Assembly: GCA_963845385.1 (NCBI GenBank)
Contig: CAWJRW010000008.1
Location: 2,399 to 66,398 of the forward strand
DNA: 64,000 nt
Source of the DNA: an uncultured Alphaproteobacteria bacterium
Lineage (GTDB): Bacteria > Pseudomonadota > Alphaproteobacteria > CAWJRW01
Direction: 5' to 3'
The notes beneath the pieces are model-generated. The model was given only the letters and a program-made list of their open reading frames with translations. It had not been told where the DNA came from and did not search any database. Each line of letters starts with the position of its first letter. Position 1 is the first letter of the stretch. The position numbers and the translations under genes were made by a program. Shown here one piece after another: positions 55,035 through 64,000 of this stretch.

Positions 55035-55400
55035 ATGGCGAAGGACGCGCCCGGCCGCGGGCGGCGCGGGAATGATCCGCTCCCGGACGATTTCGACGAG
55101 CGGCTCAAGCGCGCGCGCGGAAGCGAGCGCCCCGCCGGGGCAGGGCCTGCGCCGTCGCTTCTCGGGCTCGCCTTCCGGCTTGCGACCGAGCTCGTGGCGG
55201 GGGTGGTGGTCGGCGTTTTCATCGGCTGGTTTCTCGACCGCTGGCTTGGCACCGCGCCCTTGCTGCTGATCGTGTTTTTCGCCTTGGGCACGGCGGCGGG
55301 CTTCATCAACGTATTCCGCACGGCGCGCCAGATGAATGTGCAAAGCGGGGCAGGCACGCCGGCGCCGGCGCCGCCGGTAGAGGAAGACGACGAGGACTGA
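55035..55400 (+). CDS. atpI: ATP synthase protein I (AtpI/AtpZ family)
   Basis: ORF 55035..55400. Two TM helices, positioned directly before atpB. Confidence 0.8.
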   Translation: MAKDAPGRGRRGNDPLPDDFDERLKRARGSERPAGAGPAPSLLGLAFRLATELVAGVVVGVFIGWFLDRWLGTAPLLLIVFFALGTAAGFINVFRTARQMNVQSGAGTPAPAPPVEEDDED

Positions 55401-55401
55401 C

Positions 55402-56166
55402 GTGGCGGCGCAAGAAGGCGGGCTCGCGATCGATCCGATGCATCAGTTCGAAATCCAGCGTCTCGTGCCGCTGGAGATCGCGGGCATCGACATCTCGTTC
55501 ACGAATTCCGCGGCCTTCATGCTCGCTGCGGTGGGCCTCATCACGCTCTTCATGACGATCGGTGGCGGGCAACGCGCGCTCGTGCCGGGACGCCTGCAAT
55601 CCATGGCCGAGATGGCCTACGAGTTCATCGCCAACATGGTGCGCGACAACGCGGGCACGGCGGGCTTGCGCTTCTTCCCCTTCGTCTTTTCGCTCTTCAT
55701 GTTCGTGCTCTTCGCCAACATGCTGGGGATGGTTCCGTACGGCTTCACGGTGACGAGCCACATCATCGTCACCTTCGCGCTCGCGGGATTTATCTTTCTC
55801 GCCGTCACGGTGCTCGGCTTCATCAAGCACGGCGCCGGCTTCTTGGGCTTCTTCGTGCCCAAGGGCGTGCCCGTCGTGCTTCTGCCGCTCCTCGTCGTCA
55901 TCGAGCTCATCTCCTATTTCACGCGGCCGGTGAGCCTCTCGGTCCGACTGTTCGCCAACATGCTCGCGGGCCATACCATGCTCAAAGTCTTCGCGGGCTT
56001 CGTGGTCGGGCTCGCGGCGGCGGGGCTCGCGCCGCTCTCCGCGGGTCCGCTCGCGCTCATGGTGGCGCTCACCGCGCTCGAAATCTTGGTGGCCTTCCTT
56101 CAGGCCTATGTCTTCGCCATTCTCACCTGCATCTATCTCAACGACGCGCTGCACATGCATCACTGA
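55402..56166 (+). CDS. atpB: F0F1 ATP synthase subunit a
   Basis: ORF 55402..56166 (GTG start). LSVRLFANMLAGH motif. Confidence 0.95.
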   Translation: MAAQEGGLAIDPMHQFEIQRLVPLEIAGIDISFTNSAAFMLAAVGLITLFMTIGGGQRALVPGRLQSMAEMAYEFIANMVRDNAGTAGLRFFPFVFSLFMFVLFANMLGMVPYGFTVTSHIIVTFALAGFIFLAVTVLGFIKHGAGFLGFFVPKGVPVVLLPLLVVIELISYFTRPVSLSVRLFANMLAGHTMLKVFAGFVVGLAAAGLAPLSAGPLALMVALTALEILVAFLQAYVFAILTCIYLNDALHMHH

Positions 56167-56202
56167 CGCAGCGTCAATCTCGCCGCTCAAAGGAGACAAC
56201 AC

Positions 56203-56430
56203 GTGGACGCAGAAGCAGCAAAGCTCATCGGCGCGGGGCTGGCCTCCATCGCGCTCGCCGGTGCCGGTATCGGTATCGGCCTTATCTTCGGCAACTATCT
56301 TGCGGGCGCCTTGCGCAATCCCGCCGCCGCACCGCAACAGTTCGGCAACCTCCTGCTCGGTTTCGCGCTCGCCGAAGCGACGGGGCTTTTCGGCCTCGTA
56401 GTGGCGTTCATTCTGCTCTTCGTGTTCTGA
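56203..56430 (+). CDS. atpE: F0F1 ATP synthase subunit c
   Basis: ORF 56203..56430. [27 protein letters not shown]. Confidence 0.95.
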   Translation: MDAEAAKLIGAGLASIALAGAGIGIGLIFGNYLAGALRNPAAAPQQFGNLLLGFALAEATGLFGLVVAFILLFVF

Positions 56431-56448
56431 GGACGGACGAGGCGAAAG

Positions 56449-56997
56449 GTGCCCGAGGCAGAAAGCTCCGCACCGGCGCAGACCGAAGTGCCTCACGAGC
56501 GCGGCGGCATGCCCCAGCTCGATCCGGATTATTTCGCGCCGCAGCTCTTCTGGCTCGTCGTGAGCTTCGTGCTTCTCTACATGCTCATGTCGCGCATGGC
56601 GCTGCCGCGCATCGCGGGCGTCATCGAGGCACGGCGCGACAAGATCGCCCGCGATCTCGACAAGGCGGAAAGCCTGAAGAAGGAAGCGGACGCGGCGCTC
56701 GCGGCTTACGAAAAGGCGTTGGCAAACGCCCGCGCGCGCGCGCAGGCGATCGCCGCCGAGATGCGGGCGAAACTCAAAGTCGAGACCGACCGGCTGCGCG
56801 CCGAGCTCGATGCCAAGCTCGCGGCCAAGGCAAGTGAAGCCGAAGCGCAGATCCGCCGCGCCAAGGAAGCGGCTCTCGCCAATCTCAAGCCCGCAGCGAG
56901 CGAAGTGGCCGTGGCGATCGTGAGCAAGCTTCTGGGCGAAACCGTCGAGGCCGAAACGGCGGGCCGGGCGATCGAGGCCGCCCTCAAGAGAGAGTGA
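56449..56997 (+). CDS. F0F1 ATP synthase subunit b'
   Basis: ORF 56449..56997. A single TM helix followed by a long Ala/Glu/Lys-rich helix, positioned between c and b. Confidence 0.88.
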   Translation: MPEAESSAPAQTEVPHERGGMPQLDPDYFAPQLFWLVVSFVLLYMLMSRMALPRIAGVIEARRDKIARDLDKAESLKKEADAALAAYEKALANARARAQAIAAEMRAKLKVETDRLRAELDAKLAAKASEAEAQIRRAKEAALANLKPAASEVAVAIVSKLLGETVEAETAGRAIEAALKRE

Positions 56998-57494
56998 GAG
57001 ACTTCGCCATGTTTGCCGAGCCGGAATTCTGGGTCGCCGTCGCCTTCGTGGCCTTTGTCGGCATCGTCCTCTATTACCGCGTGCCCAATCGCGTCACAGA
57101 CGCGCTCGACGCACGCGGCGCCGCGATCAAAAAGGAAATCGAAGAGGCCCAGCGCCTGCGCGAGGAGGCGCAAGCCCTGCTTGCCTCTTATCGGCGCAAG
57201 CAGCGCGATGCGGAGAAGGAAGTCGAAAACATCGTGAGCGAAGCCCGCGCCGAAGCGGAGCGGCTTGCGAGCGAAACGAGAAAGGCGCTCGAGGCTCAGC
57301 TCGCGCGCCGCACCAAGCTCGCCGAACAAAGGATCGCGCGCGCGGAAGCCGAAGCTCTTTCGGATGTGCGCGCGCTCGCGGCCGAGGTCGCCATTGGCGC
57401 CGCCCGCCGCCTCATCGAGGAGCGCCTCGACGAGAAGAAATCTCGCGCGCTCCTCGACGGCGCCATCAAGGAAATCAAAGGCAAGCTCAATTAG
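56994..57494 (+). CDS. atpF: F0F1 ATP synthase subunit b
   Basis: ORF 56994..57494. ATG 57009 (MFAEPEFWVAVAF..) is an equally plausible start. Confidence 0.9.
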   Translation: MRDFAMFAEPEFWVAVAFVAFVGIVLYYRVPNRVTDALDARGAAIKKEIEEAQRLREEAQALLASYRRKQRDAEKEVENIVSEARAEAERLASETRKALEAQLARRTKLAEQRIARAEAEALSDVRALAAEVAIGAARRLIEERLDEKKSRALLDGAIKEIKGKLN

Positions 57495-57527
57495 CGCGGC
57501 ATTGATGCGTGCGCCGTCACGCTTTCC

Positions 57528-57613
57528 TGTCATGCCCGCACTTGTTGCGGGCATCCAGGGCCGCTTGCAGAGACGCCTCCGCTTGGTGCCTTGGATGCCC
57601 GACATAAAGGCAA
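57528..57613. repeat. REP family 1 hairpins downstream of atpF
   Basis: tgtcatgcccgcacttgttgcgggcatccagggc and ccttggatgcccgac... Confidence 0.7.
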
Positions 57614-57864
57614 GGCTGTCCGGTTTAGCGGCGTTTTTCTCTCCGCTGTCATTGCCGGGCCGCGCGAAGCGCGAGTCCCGGCAATCCAGGGCCACAAGCG
57701 CAAGCGTTTTCCACCCTGGGTCCCCGGGACTCGCCGCTTGCGCGGCGGCCCGGGGACGACAGTCAGAGGAAGTTGGGATTCGCGTCGCACCAAACCGGGA
57801 TGGCTCGATCTGCTCGCGCAGATAACAACTTTCCTGATTGCGATGAACCCTAAACCGGACAGCC
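57614..57864. mobile_element. MITE-like element, copy B (inverted relative to copy A)
   Basis: Perfect 15-bp terminal inverted repeats: ggctgtccggtttag (57614-57628) and ctaaaccggacagcc (57850-57864). The interior matches the reverse complement of 12502-12747. Confidence 0.8.
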
Positions 57865-57948
57865 ATGGCTCTATGCCGGGCATGACGGTCAGAGGATTGG
57901 CGAACCTGATGCGTGCGACACTGTGTGGAGAGAAAATGCGCGTGCGCG

Positions 57949-58515
57949 TCAGCTGCCGTGCGCGCGGTTGTAGGCCGCCTGCTCGGGCGTGAGCTGAATG
58001 CCGACCAGAACTTCCACGGGCTCTTCGCCGGCCTCGAGCGGCACGGTGAGCCTCTTCACCTCCGCCTCGACGCTCGCCTGACGCGCCTCCTGCTCGAAGC
58101 TGACATCGGCGGTGAAATTCTCCTTGGAGAGAATGGCCTCGCCGCGCGTGACGGCAATGAAATAGGGCAAGGAGAGCGTGTGCGCGGGCGCCGCGGGCCC
58201 GAGCCAGGCCGTGAAGCTCACCGTGACGTCGACCGAGGCTTCGCCCTCGCCGCGGTCTTTGCAGCGCGATTTGAGCTGATTCACTTGGGCCTGGTATTGG
58301 ATGTCGGTGAGATCGCGCCCCGTGCCCGGCTGGAACTGCACGACCGAGCGCGCATCGGCCAGCACTTCGGCTTTCGGACACGCGACCTTCGCTTCCGGCT
58401 CTTTCTGTGCTTCAGCTTTGTGGCGCGCGCTCGCGCAGCCGGCGAGGCCCCAGCAGGCAAGAAGCGCCAGAAGAAAGGCGGGCGTTTTCAGAGCTTGTTG
58501 TGTGATCCGTCGCAT
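57949..58515 (-). CDS. lipoprotein, function unknown
   Basis: ORF 57949..58548 trimmed to ATG 58515. MRRITQQALKTPAFLLALLACWGLAGC is a lipobox. Confidence 0.65.
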   Translation of the reverse strand: MRRITQQALKTPAFLLALLACWGLAGCASARHKAEAQKEPEAKVACPKAEVLADARSVVQFQPGTGRDLTDIQYQAQVNQLKSRCKDRGEGEASVDVTVSFTAWLGPAAPAHTLSLPYFIAVTRGEAILSKENFTADVSFEQEARQASVEAEVKRLTVPLEAGEEPVEVLVGIQLTPEQAAYNRAHGS

Positions 58516-58739
58516 ACGGGGCGCTTGTCGGTTTGCTTGCAGGCGCAAAAGAATACCCTGCGATTTGCCTCCGCCTTATACTCGACCGGCGTCAGTGCCG
58601 TCGCCTTATGGCTGCCGTCGCAAAAGGGCTGCTGCTTCGAAAGGCCGCAGGCGCACCACCAATATGAACGGCCCGCGACCACATCGACCGCGATGGGCGC
58701 GTTTCCGGCGACCTGGCCTTTACCATGAGATTGGCTCAT
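58488..58739 (-). CDS. CDGSH iron-sulfur domain protein
   Basis: ORF 58488..58739. Two CDGSH motifs (FCDGSHK, VCDGSHN). Confidence 0.88.
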   Translation of the reverse strand: MSQSHGKGQVAGNAPIAVDVVAGRSYWWCACGLSKQQPFCDGSHKATALTPVEYKAEANRRVFFCACKQTDKRPVCDGSHNKL

Positions 58740-58895
58740 CGGGCGTTCGGTCCTCGGTCGCCTTGACTTTCCAAGGGGTGGAACCCTCTATTGGAGGTGA
58801 GAAGTGAGCCGGGGCAGGACGGCGGCGACTGTATCCAAGCGGCCACCGCCCAGCAAGAGAGCCGAGCGCCCGAGACGAATGGCGCTGTCGTGTAA

Positions 58896-58929
58896 GTGCG
58901 GGTGTCCCGTGCTCTTGTTGTTCGTCTTA
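58896..58929 (+). terminator. possible intrinsic terminator or attenuator in the ispH upstream region
   Basis: gtgcggg-tgt-cccgtgc (7 bp, including two G-U pairs) followed by tcttgttgttcgtctta. Confidence 0.3.
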
Positions 58930-59047
58930 TCGCGGCGCCGCGCGTATGCTCCGGATGAATGACGCGCGGCACTGGGCGATTATAGGCCGGCCTTGATGCC
59001 TAGCCCCCGTGGCACGAGCCCCCTGAACAAACCCCCGCTCAAGATTC

Positions 59048-59972
59048 TTGCTTGCGGCGCCGCGCGGCTTTTGCGCCGGCGTCGAGCGCGCCGTGCAAAT
59101 CGTCGAGCGCGCGCTCGAGAAATACGGCGCGCCGGTCTATGTGCGCCACGAGATCGTTCACAACCGCTTCGTTGTCGAGCGCCTGGAGGCCATGGGCGCC
59201 TGCTTCGTCGAGGAGCTGGACGCCGTGCCCGAGGGCATGCCCGTCATCTTTTCGGCTCACGGCGTACCGAAATCCGTGCCCAGGGAAGCCGAGCATCGGG
59301 GTCTCGTCTATTTCGACGCCACCTGCCCGCTTGTCTCCAAGGTCCATGTGGAAGCCGAACGCCATCACGAGGCGGGCCGCGAGATCGTGCTCATCGGCCA
59401 TGCGGGCCATCCCGAAGTGATCGGCACGCTGGGTCAGCTACCCAAAGGCGCCATCACGCTCGTCGAGACCGCCGAGGACGCCGAAGCCTTTGCGCCGCGC
59501 GACGGCCAGAAGCTCGCCTATATCACCCAGACGACGCTGTCCATCGACGAGGCCGCCGAGATCGTGGACGTTTTGCGCCGCCGCTTTCCCAGCCATCGCG
59601 GGCCCGCACAAGAACGACATCTGTTATGCCACGACCAATCGCCAGGAGGCGGTCAAGCGCATCGCGCGGCGCTGCACGGGCCTGCTCGTCATCGGCGCGC
59701 CGAATTCCTCCAATGCGTGCCGTCTCGTCGAGGTGGCCGAGCGCGAAGGCGCGGGCTTCGGCCGGCTCGTCGAGCGCGCGCGCGACATCGATTGGAGCTT
59801 GTTCGCGCCGGGCAACACCATCGGCATCACCGCCGGCGCATCCACGCCCGAGACCCTCGTCACCGAGGTGCTCGAAGCCTTCCACGACCGCTTCAGCCTC
59901 GATATCGAGGAAGTGCGCGTGCGCCCCGAGGAAGTGCAGTTCAAGCTCCCCAAGACGCTCACGGCCGCCTGA
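59048..59972 (+). pseudogene. ispH: 4-hydroxy-3-methylbut-2-enyl diphosphate reductase, one apparent frameshift near 59591 (possibly another at the start)
   Basis: ORF 59048.. ([30 protein letters not shown]). Continues in the frame of ORF 59490..59972 ([25 protein letters not shown]). A more natural N-terminus, MPSPRG..LKIL, is in the frame of ORF 58993. Confidence 0.9.
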
Positions 59973-60005
59973 CGTCCACTCCTGCAAAAGTCGAGTCCTT
60001 GAAGG

Positions 60006-60422
60006 ATGGCAGAGGGCCCGGGCCAACGCCGCCTAATCGGTCGCTTCAAATCCTGGGCGCGGTCGGTTCAGCGTGACATCGTTGCGCTGTGGCTCGCGGC
60101 GCGAGATCGGCGAACGCCTTGGTACGCAAAGCTTGTTGCGGCATTGGTGGCGGCCTACGCGCTTTCGCCCATCGATCTCATCCCGGATTTCATTCCGGTC
60201 CTCGGCTATCTTGATGATCTGATCATCGTTCCGCTTGGGATTTGGCTTGCCATTCGCTTGATCCCGAAAGAGCTGATGGCCGAATTTCGGCGTGAGGCGG
60301 ACAGCCGCGTCCCGAGGCCCGCAAGCTGGGCCGGGGCGGTCATCGTGGTACTGCTCTGGCTGCTGATCGTTGCGCTGATCGTGCGCTGGGTGTGGCCCGA
60401 GGCCTGGGGTGAGCGAATCTGA
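60006..60422 (+). CDS. YkvA/DUF1232-family membrane protein
   Basis: ORF 60006..60422. [18 protein letters not shown]. Confidence 0.8.
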   Translation: MAEGPGQRRLIGRFKSWARSVQRDIVALWLAARDRRTPWYAKLVAALVAAYALSPIDLIPDFIPVLGYLDDLIIVPLGIWLAIRLIPKELMAEFRREADSRVPRPASWAGAVIVVLLWLLIVALIVRWVWPEAWGERI

Positions 60423-60456
60423 CCCCGGCGTAAGCATTTGCTATAAAGCCGCGCCC

Positions 60457-61421
60457 ATGGCCGTCTATACCGAAGTCTCCGATACGGAGCTCGAAGCCTT
60501 TCTCGCCGCTTACGACATCGGCGCGCTCTTGTCCTTCAAGGGCATCGCCGAAGGCGTGGAGAACTCGAACTACGCGCTGCACACCGAGCGCGGCTCCTTC
60601 ATTCTCACGCTTTACGAGAAGCGCGTGGCGGAAGCCGACCTGCCCTACTTCCTGGGCTTCATGGAGCATTTGGCGGCCCGCGGCGTCGCCTGCCCCACGC
60701 CGGTGAAGGCGCGCGACGGCGCCGCCTTGCGCCGCCTCAAGGGCAAGCCCGCCGCCATCGTGACGTTTCTCGAAGGCGTGTGGGTGCGAAGGCCCAAGCT
60801 CCAGCATTGCGCGGGCCTCGGCCGCGCCTTGGCCGAGATGCATCGCGCCGGCGCCGACTACGCACGCGTGCGTGACAATGCGTTAGGGCCCAAGGGCTGG
60901 CGGAAGCTCGTTTCAGCCTGCGGCAACCGCGCGGACGAGTTGCGCCCCGGGCTCACGGCCGAGCTCGCAAGCGAGATGGAGGCGCTCGAAGGGGCCTGGC
61001 CCACGGATCTGCCGACGGGCCACATCCACGCCGATCTCTTTCCCGACAATGTCTTCTTCGTGCGCGACAAGCTCTCGGGGCTCATCGACTTTTATTTCGC
61101 TTGCCACGATTTCCTGGCCTACGACATCGCGGTCTGCCTCAATTCCTGGTGCTTCGAAGCTCGACGGCCAGTTCAACATCACGAACGCGCGCGCGCTCAC
61201 CAATGCCTATGCGCAAGCGCGGCCCTTGACGGCGCGCGAGCTCGAGACCCTGCCTTTGCTCGCGCGGGGTGCCGCGTTCCGCTTTCTGCTCACGCGGCTC
61301 TATGATTGGCTCATGCCGCAAGAAGGCGCGCTCGTGCGGCCGAAGAGACCCGCTCGAATTTTTGCAGAAGCTTCGCTTCCACCGCAATGTCGAGGGGCCC
61401 TCGGCTTATGGCCTCGACTAA
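60457..61421 (+). pseudogene. thrB: homoserine kinase (ThrB type II, APH fold), two apparent frameshifts (near 61157, 61345)
   Basis: ATG 60457 (MAVYTEVSDTELEAFLAAYDIG.., NSNY, HADLFPDN, DFYFA). Continues in ORF 61049.. ([21 protein letters not shown]). The last segment, [25 protein letters not shown], is in a third frame. Confidence 0.88.
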
Positions 61422-61881
61422 AGCCCACGCGGTCGACATCTATACGGACGGCGCCTGCTCCGGCAATCCGGGACCCGGAGGCTGGGGCGCCATTCTGCGC
61501 TTCAAGGATCGCGAGCGCGAGATCAAGGGCGGCGAGCAGAGCACCACCAACAACCGCATGGAGCTCATGGCGGCCATCGCCGCGCTCGAAACCCTCAAAC
61601 GTCCGTGTACGGTGCGTATCCACACCGACTCCCAATATCTCCAGCGCGGCATCACCGAATGGATCAAGCGCTGGCGCGTCAACGGCTGGCGCACGGCGGA
61701 CAAGAAGCCGGTGAAGAACGCCGAGCTTTGGCACGAGCTCGAGCGCCTGCTCGAGCGCCATGAGGTGAGTTGGCACTGGGTGCGCGGGCATGCGGGGCAT
61801 GCGGAGAACGAGCGCGCCGACGCCTTGGCGCGCGAGGGGCTGGCGCCCTTCCTCAAGCACCGGCGAAGCGCGGCACATTAG
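61408..61881 (+). CDS. rnhA: ribonuclease HI
   Basis: Frame of ORF 61306..61881 from ATG 61408. [39 protein letters not shown]. Confidence 0.92.
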   Translation: MASTKAHAVDIYTDGACSGNPGPGGWGAILRFKDREREIKGGEQSTTNNRMELMAAIAALETLKRPCTVRIHTDSQYLQRGITEWIKRWRVNGWRTADKKPVKNAELWHELERLLERHEVSWHWVRGHAGHAENERADALAREGLAPFLKHRRSAAH

Positions 61882-61926
61882 TAGAATTTGCGATCAGGTC
61901 AATTCGGGCGCAATGCAACGGACACT

Positions 61927-62006
<80 letters not shown>

Positions 62007-62069
62007 GCCGCGAAGCGGAAGGATCTCAAAGAAGATTATCTGCCGCGACGAAAGGATCGTGTCGCGGCC

Positions 62070-63668
62070 ATGAAAGAAGATACTCACGCGCTCCGACTGA
62101 GTGGTGCAGAAGGCGCGTTTCTCGGCGCCGTCGTGCTTGCTTGGGGCGGGATCGCGCTCTTTCTCGGCAAGGACGCCGATTGGGATTTTTTCAATTACCA
62201 CTGGTACAACCCTTACGCCTTCCTCAACGGACGTATGGGCATTGACGTCGCAGCGGGCCACCACGCGACCTATCTCAATCCGTTGCCCGACATTCCGTTC
62301 TATCTGCTGGCGACGGCGCTCTCATCCTGGGTCGCGGTCTTTTTTCTCGGCGCGGCGCAGGGCCTGAACGTCGTCCCGCTTTATCTCATCAGCAAAGCAA
62401 CGCTTGCCTTGCCCTATCGCAGATGGGGCGCGGGCCTCATCGCGCTCTTGGGACTTGCGGGAAGCATGGCGGGGCGTCTCATCGGCAAGAACAACAACGA
62501 CAATCTCTTGAGCGTGCTCGTCTTGTCGGCGCTCGCCATCGTCGTCTGCGCTCAGGCGAAGCTTGTGGACGGCGGGCGCAAAGGGCTCCTGTGGGTGGCG
62601 CTTGCGGGCTTTCTCGCGGGCGGCGCCACGGGCTTGAAGCTCGTCGAAGCGATCTTCGCCGTGGGCTTTGCGGCGGCGCTGCTCGTCGTTCCGGGCCCCG
62701 CGCCGGTGCGGCTTGCGCGACTGGCCGTGGGCGGTCTCGGCGGGATCCTCGGCGTCCTCGTCTTCGGCGGCTTTTGGTTTGTTACACTCGCGAAGTTCAC
62801 GGGCAATCCGCTCTTTCCTTATTTCAACGATCTCTTCGCCTCACCGCTCGTTCTCGATGCCTCCTACCGCGACATGCGCTTTCTGCCTCACGGCCTCGGC
62901 AATCTTCTCTCCTTCCCCTTCCGCTTCAGCTTCGATTACCACGTGGCCGACGACATGCCGTTCCGCGATTTTCGCGTGCTCGCGGCCTACGTCGCCGTGC
63001 CGCTCGCTTGCGGTGCATGGGTCTTGGGTCGTTCCGCACGCGATTCCTTCGTCTCGAAGAAAAGCGCGCGCATTCTTTTCGCCTTCGCCGGCGCGAGCTA
63101 TGTCGCCTGGATTCTGACCTTCGCCATCTATCGTTACATCACCGTGCTCGAGATGCTGGCGCCCCTTCTTCTCGTCGCCGCGATCGGGCTCCTGCCGATT
63201 GCTCCGCGATGGCGCCTCGCCATCGCCGGCGCCATGCTCCTCGCCATCGCGGCGACAACGCGCTACGATTTTGGGCCGCGGGCGCCGCTCGGCGATCCCT
63301 ATGTCGAGATCAAGGGCCCGGTCATTCCCGATCCGGCTCACACCATCATTCTGATGACTGGCTTCGGCGAGCCCGCGGCATTCATCATTCCCGAGCTTCC
63401 GCCCGAGATCCCCGTGCTTCGGATCAGCGGTTTTCTCGCCGGACCAAACGACGGCTCGAGGCTCACCGCCACGATGCAGGCCCGCGTCCGCGCGCATCGG
63501 GGCGCGCTTTATCTGCTCACCTCGTTCGGCGACAACGAGAGCACCGCAGACGCCATCGCCGCTTACGGCCTTGTCCTCGACGAAGCGCGCTGCGGCAGCA
63601 TCGAGACCAATATCAGCAGGCCCTATCGCTTCTGCCCGCTCGAGAGGAAGCAAAGCGCCGCGCCCTAG
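62070..63668 (+). CDS. polytopic membrane protein, possibly a GT-C-type glycosyltransferase (weak call)
   Basis: ORF 61965..63668 trimmed to ATG 62070, which lies outside the repeat. About 10-12 hydrophobic segments, an N-terminal NYHWYNPYAF motif and a soluble C-terminal ~130 aa. Confidence 0.6.
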   Translation: MKEDTHALRLSGAEGAFLGAVVLAWGGIALFLGKDADWDFFNYHWYNPYAFLNGRMGIDVAAGHHATYLNPLPDIPFYLLATALSSWVAVFFLGAAQGLNVVPLYLISKATLALPYRRWGAGLIALLGLAGSMAGRLIGKNNNDNLLSVLVLSALAIVVCAQAKLVDGGRKGLLWVALAGFLAGGATGLKLVEAIFAVGFAAALLVVPGPAPVRLARLAVGGLGGILGVLVFGGFWFVTLAKFTGNPLFPYFNDLFASPLVLDASYRDMRFLPHGLGNLLSFPFRFSFDYHVADDMPFRDFRVLAAYVAVPLACGAWVLGRSARDSFVSKKSARILFAFAGASYVAWILTFAIYRYITVLEMLAPLLLVAAIGLLPIAPRWRLAIAGAMLLAIAATTRYDFGPRAPLGDPYVEIKGPVIPDPAHTIILMTGFGEPAAFIIPELPPEIPVLRISGFLAGPNDGSRLTATMQARVRAHRGALYLLTSFGDNESTADAIAAYGLVLDEARCGSIETNISRPYRFCPLERKQSAAP

Positions 63669-63695
63669 CTGCCGCAACGAGGAGGATGTCTCGAC

Positions 63696-64000
63696 CATGG
63701 ACGCGGGCGCTCGCTCATTCCGCCTCAATGCGGCCGAGGCTCTATTCCTCGGCGCCATCGTTCTTGGTTCGGGCGGATTGGGGCTCGCGCTCGGCAAGGA
63801 CGCGGGCTGGGATCTTCTCAATTACCATTGGTACAACCCTTACGCCTTCCTCCATGACCGCATGGGTTTCGACGTCGCGGTGGCCCATCACGCGACCTAT
63901 TACAATCCGCTGATCGATGTTCCCTTCTACGTGCTCGCAACGGCGCTTTCGTCCTGGGTTGCAATCTTCTTTCTCGGCGCGCTGCAGGGGCTGAACGCCG
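63696..64000 (+). CDS. paralogue of the preceding membrane protein (5' part, runs off the window)
   Basis: ATG 63696 after GAGGAGG. MDAGARSFRLNAAEALFLGAIVLGSGGLGLALGKDAGWDLLNYHWYNPYAFLHDRMGFDVA.. parallels residues 1-100 of the 62070 gene. Confidence 0.7.

Noticed and set aside
57530-58381. ORFs lying inside repeat clusters (57530..58381, 12360..12737, 12541..12777, 57265..57825, 6515..7123, 42457..42927).
   Set aside because: Their translations are the recurrent peptides produced by the repeats (SLPGRAKRESRQSRA, VIPDATLPQNP..). The same 'proteins' appear in both orientations at different loci.
58736-58972. A 78-aa minus-strand ORF in the CDGSH-ispH intergenic region.
   Set aside because: It has no RBS, an Arg/Thr/Ala-rich composition, and overlaps the region better explained as promoter, leader or structured RNA.

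Overview
About 64 kb of chromosomal DNA from a high-GC alphaproteobacterium. Gene content and order look Hyphomicrobiales/Rhizobiales-like: a split F0 operon (atpI-atpB-atpE-b'-b), ccrM beside rnhB and mutY/DUF721/dsbA/smc, a NadQ-like regulator plus nadABC, glyQS-ppdK, and REP-type intergenic palindromes. I call about 65 protein-coding genes, nearly all housekeeping. They include isoprenoid genes (ispA, ispB, ispE, ispH), NAD synthesis, glycyl-tRNA synthetase, PPDK, SMC, DNA repair (tag, udg, mutY, rnhA, rnhB, xseB), ETF-QO and envelope enzymes. I recognised no rRNA, tRNA, CRISPR array, transposase or integrase. Accessory content is small: a higBA toxin-antitoxin pair, a DUF559 endonuclease-fold gene boxed in by inverted repeats, a lower-GC retropepsin-like protease, a secreted protein with uncharacterised tandem modules, and two tandem paralogous polytopic membrane proteins at the right edge. 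Two window-wide signals dominate. (1) About 33 apparent single-base frameshifts interrupt 21 otherwise well-conserved genes, including essential ones (glyS x4, ppdK x4, smc x2, ispH, nadB, nadC). Several sit exactly at short C/G runs, so I read them as consensus indel errors rather than biology. ORF-track fragments were stitched by eye, so frameshift positions are approximate. (2) At least five families of intergenic palindromic or MITE-like repeats occur, several as inverted copies tens of kb apart. I found no convincing novel multi-gene system; the best leads are listed as findings with modest scores.
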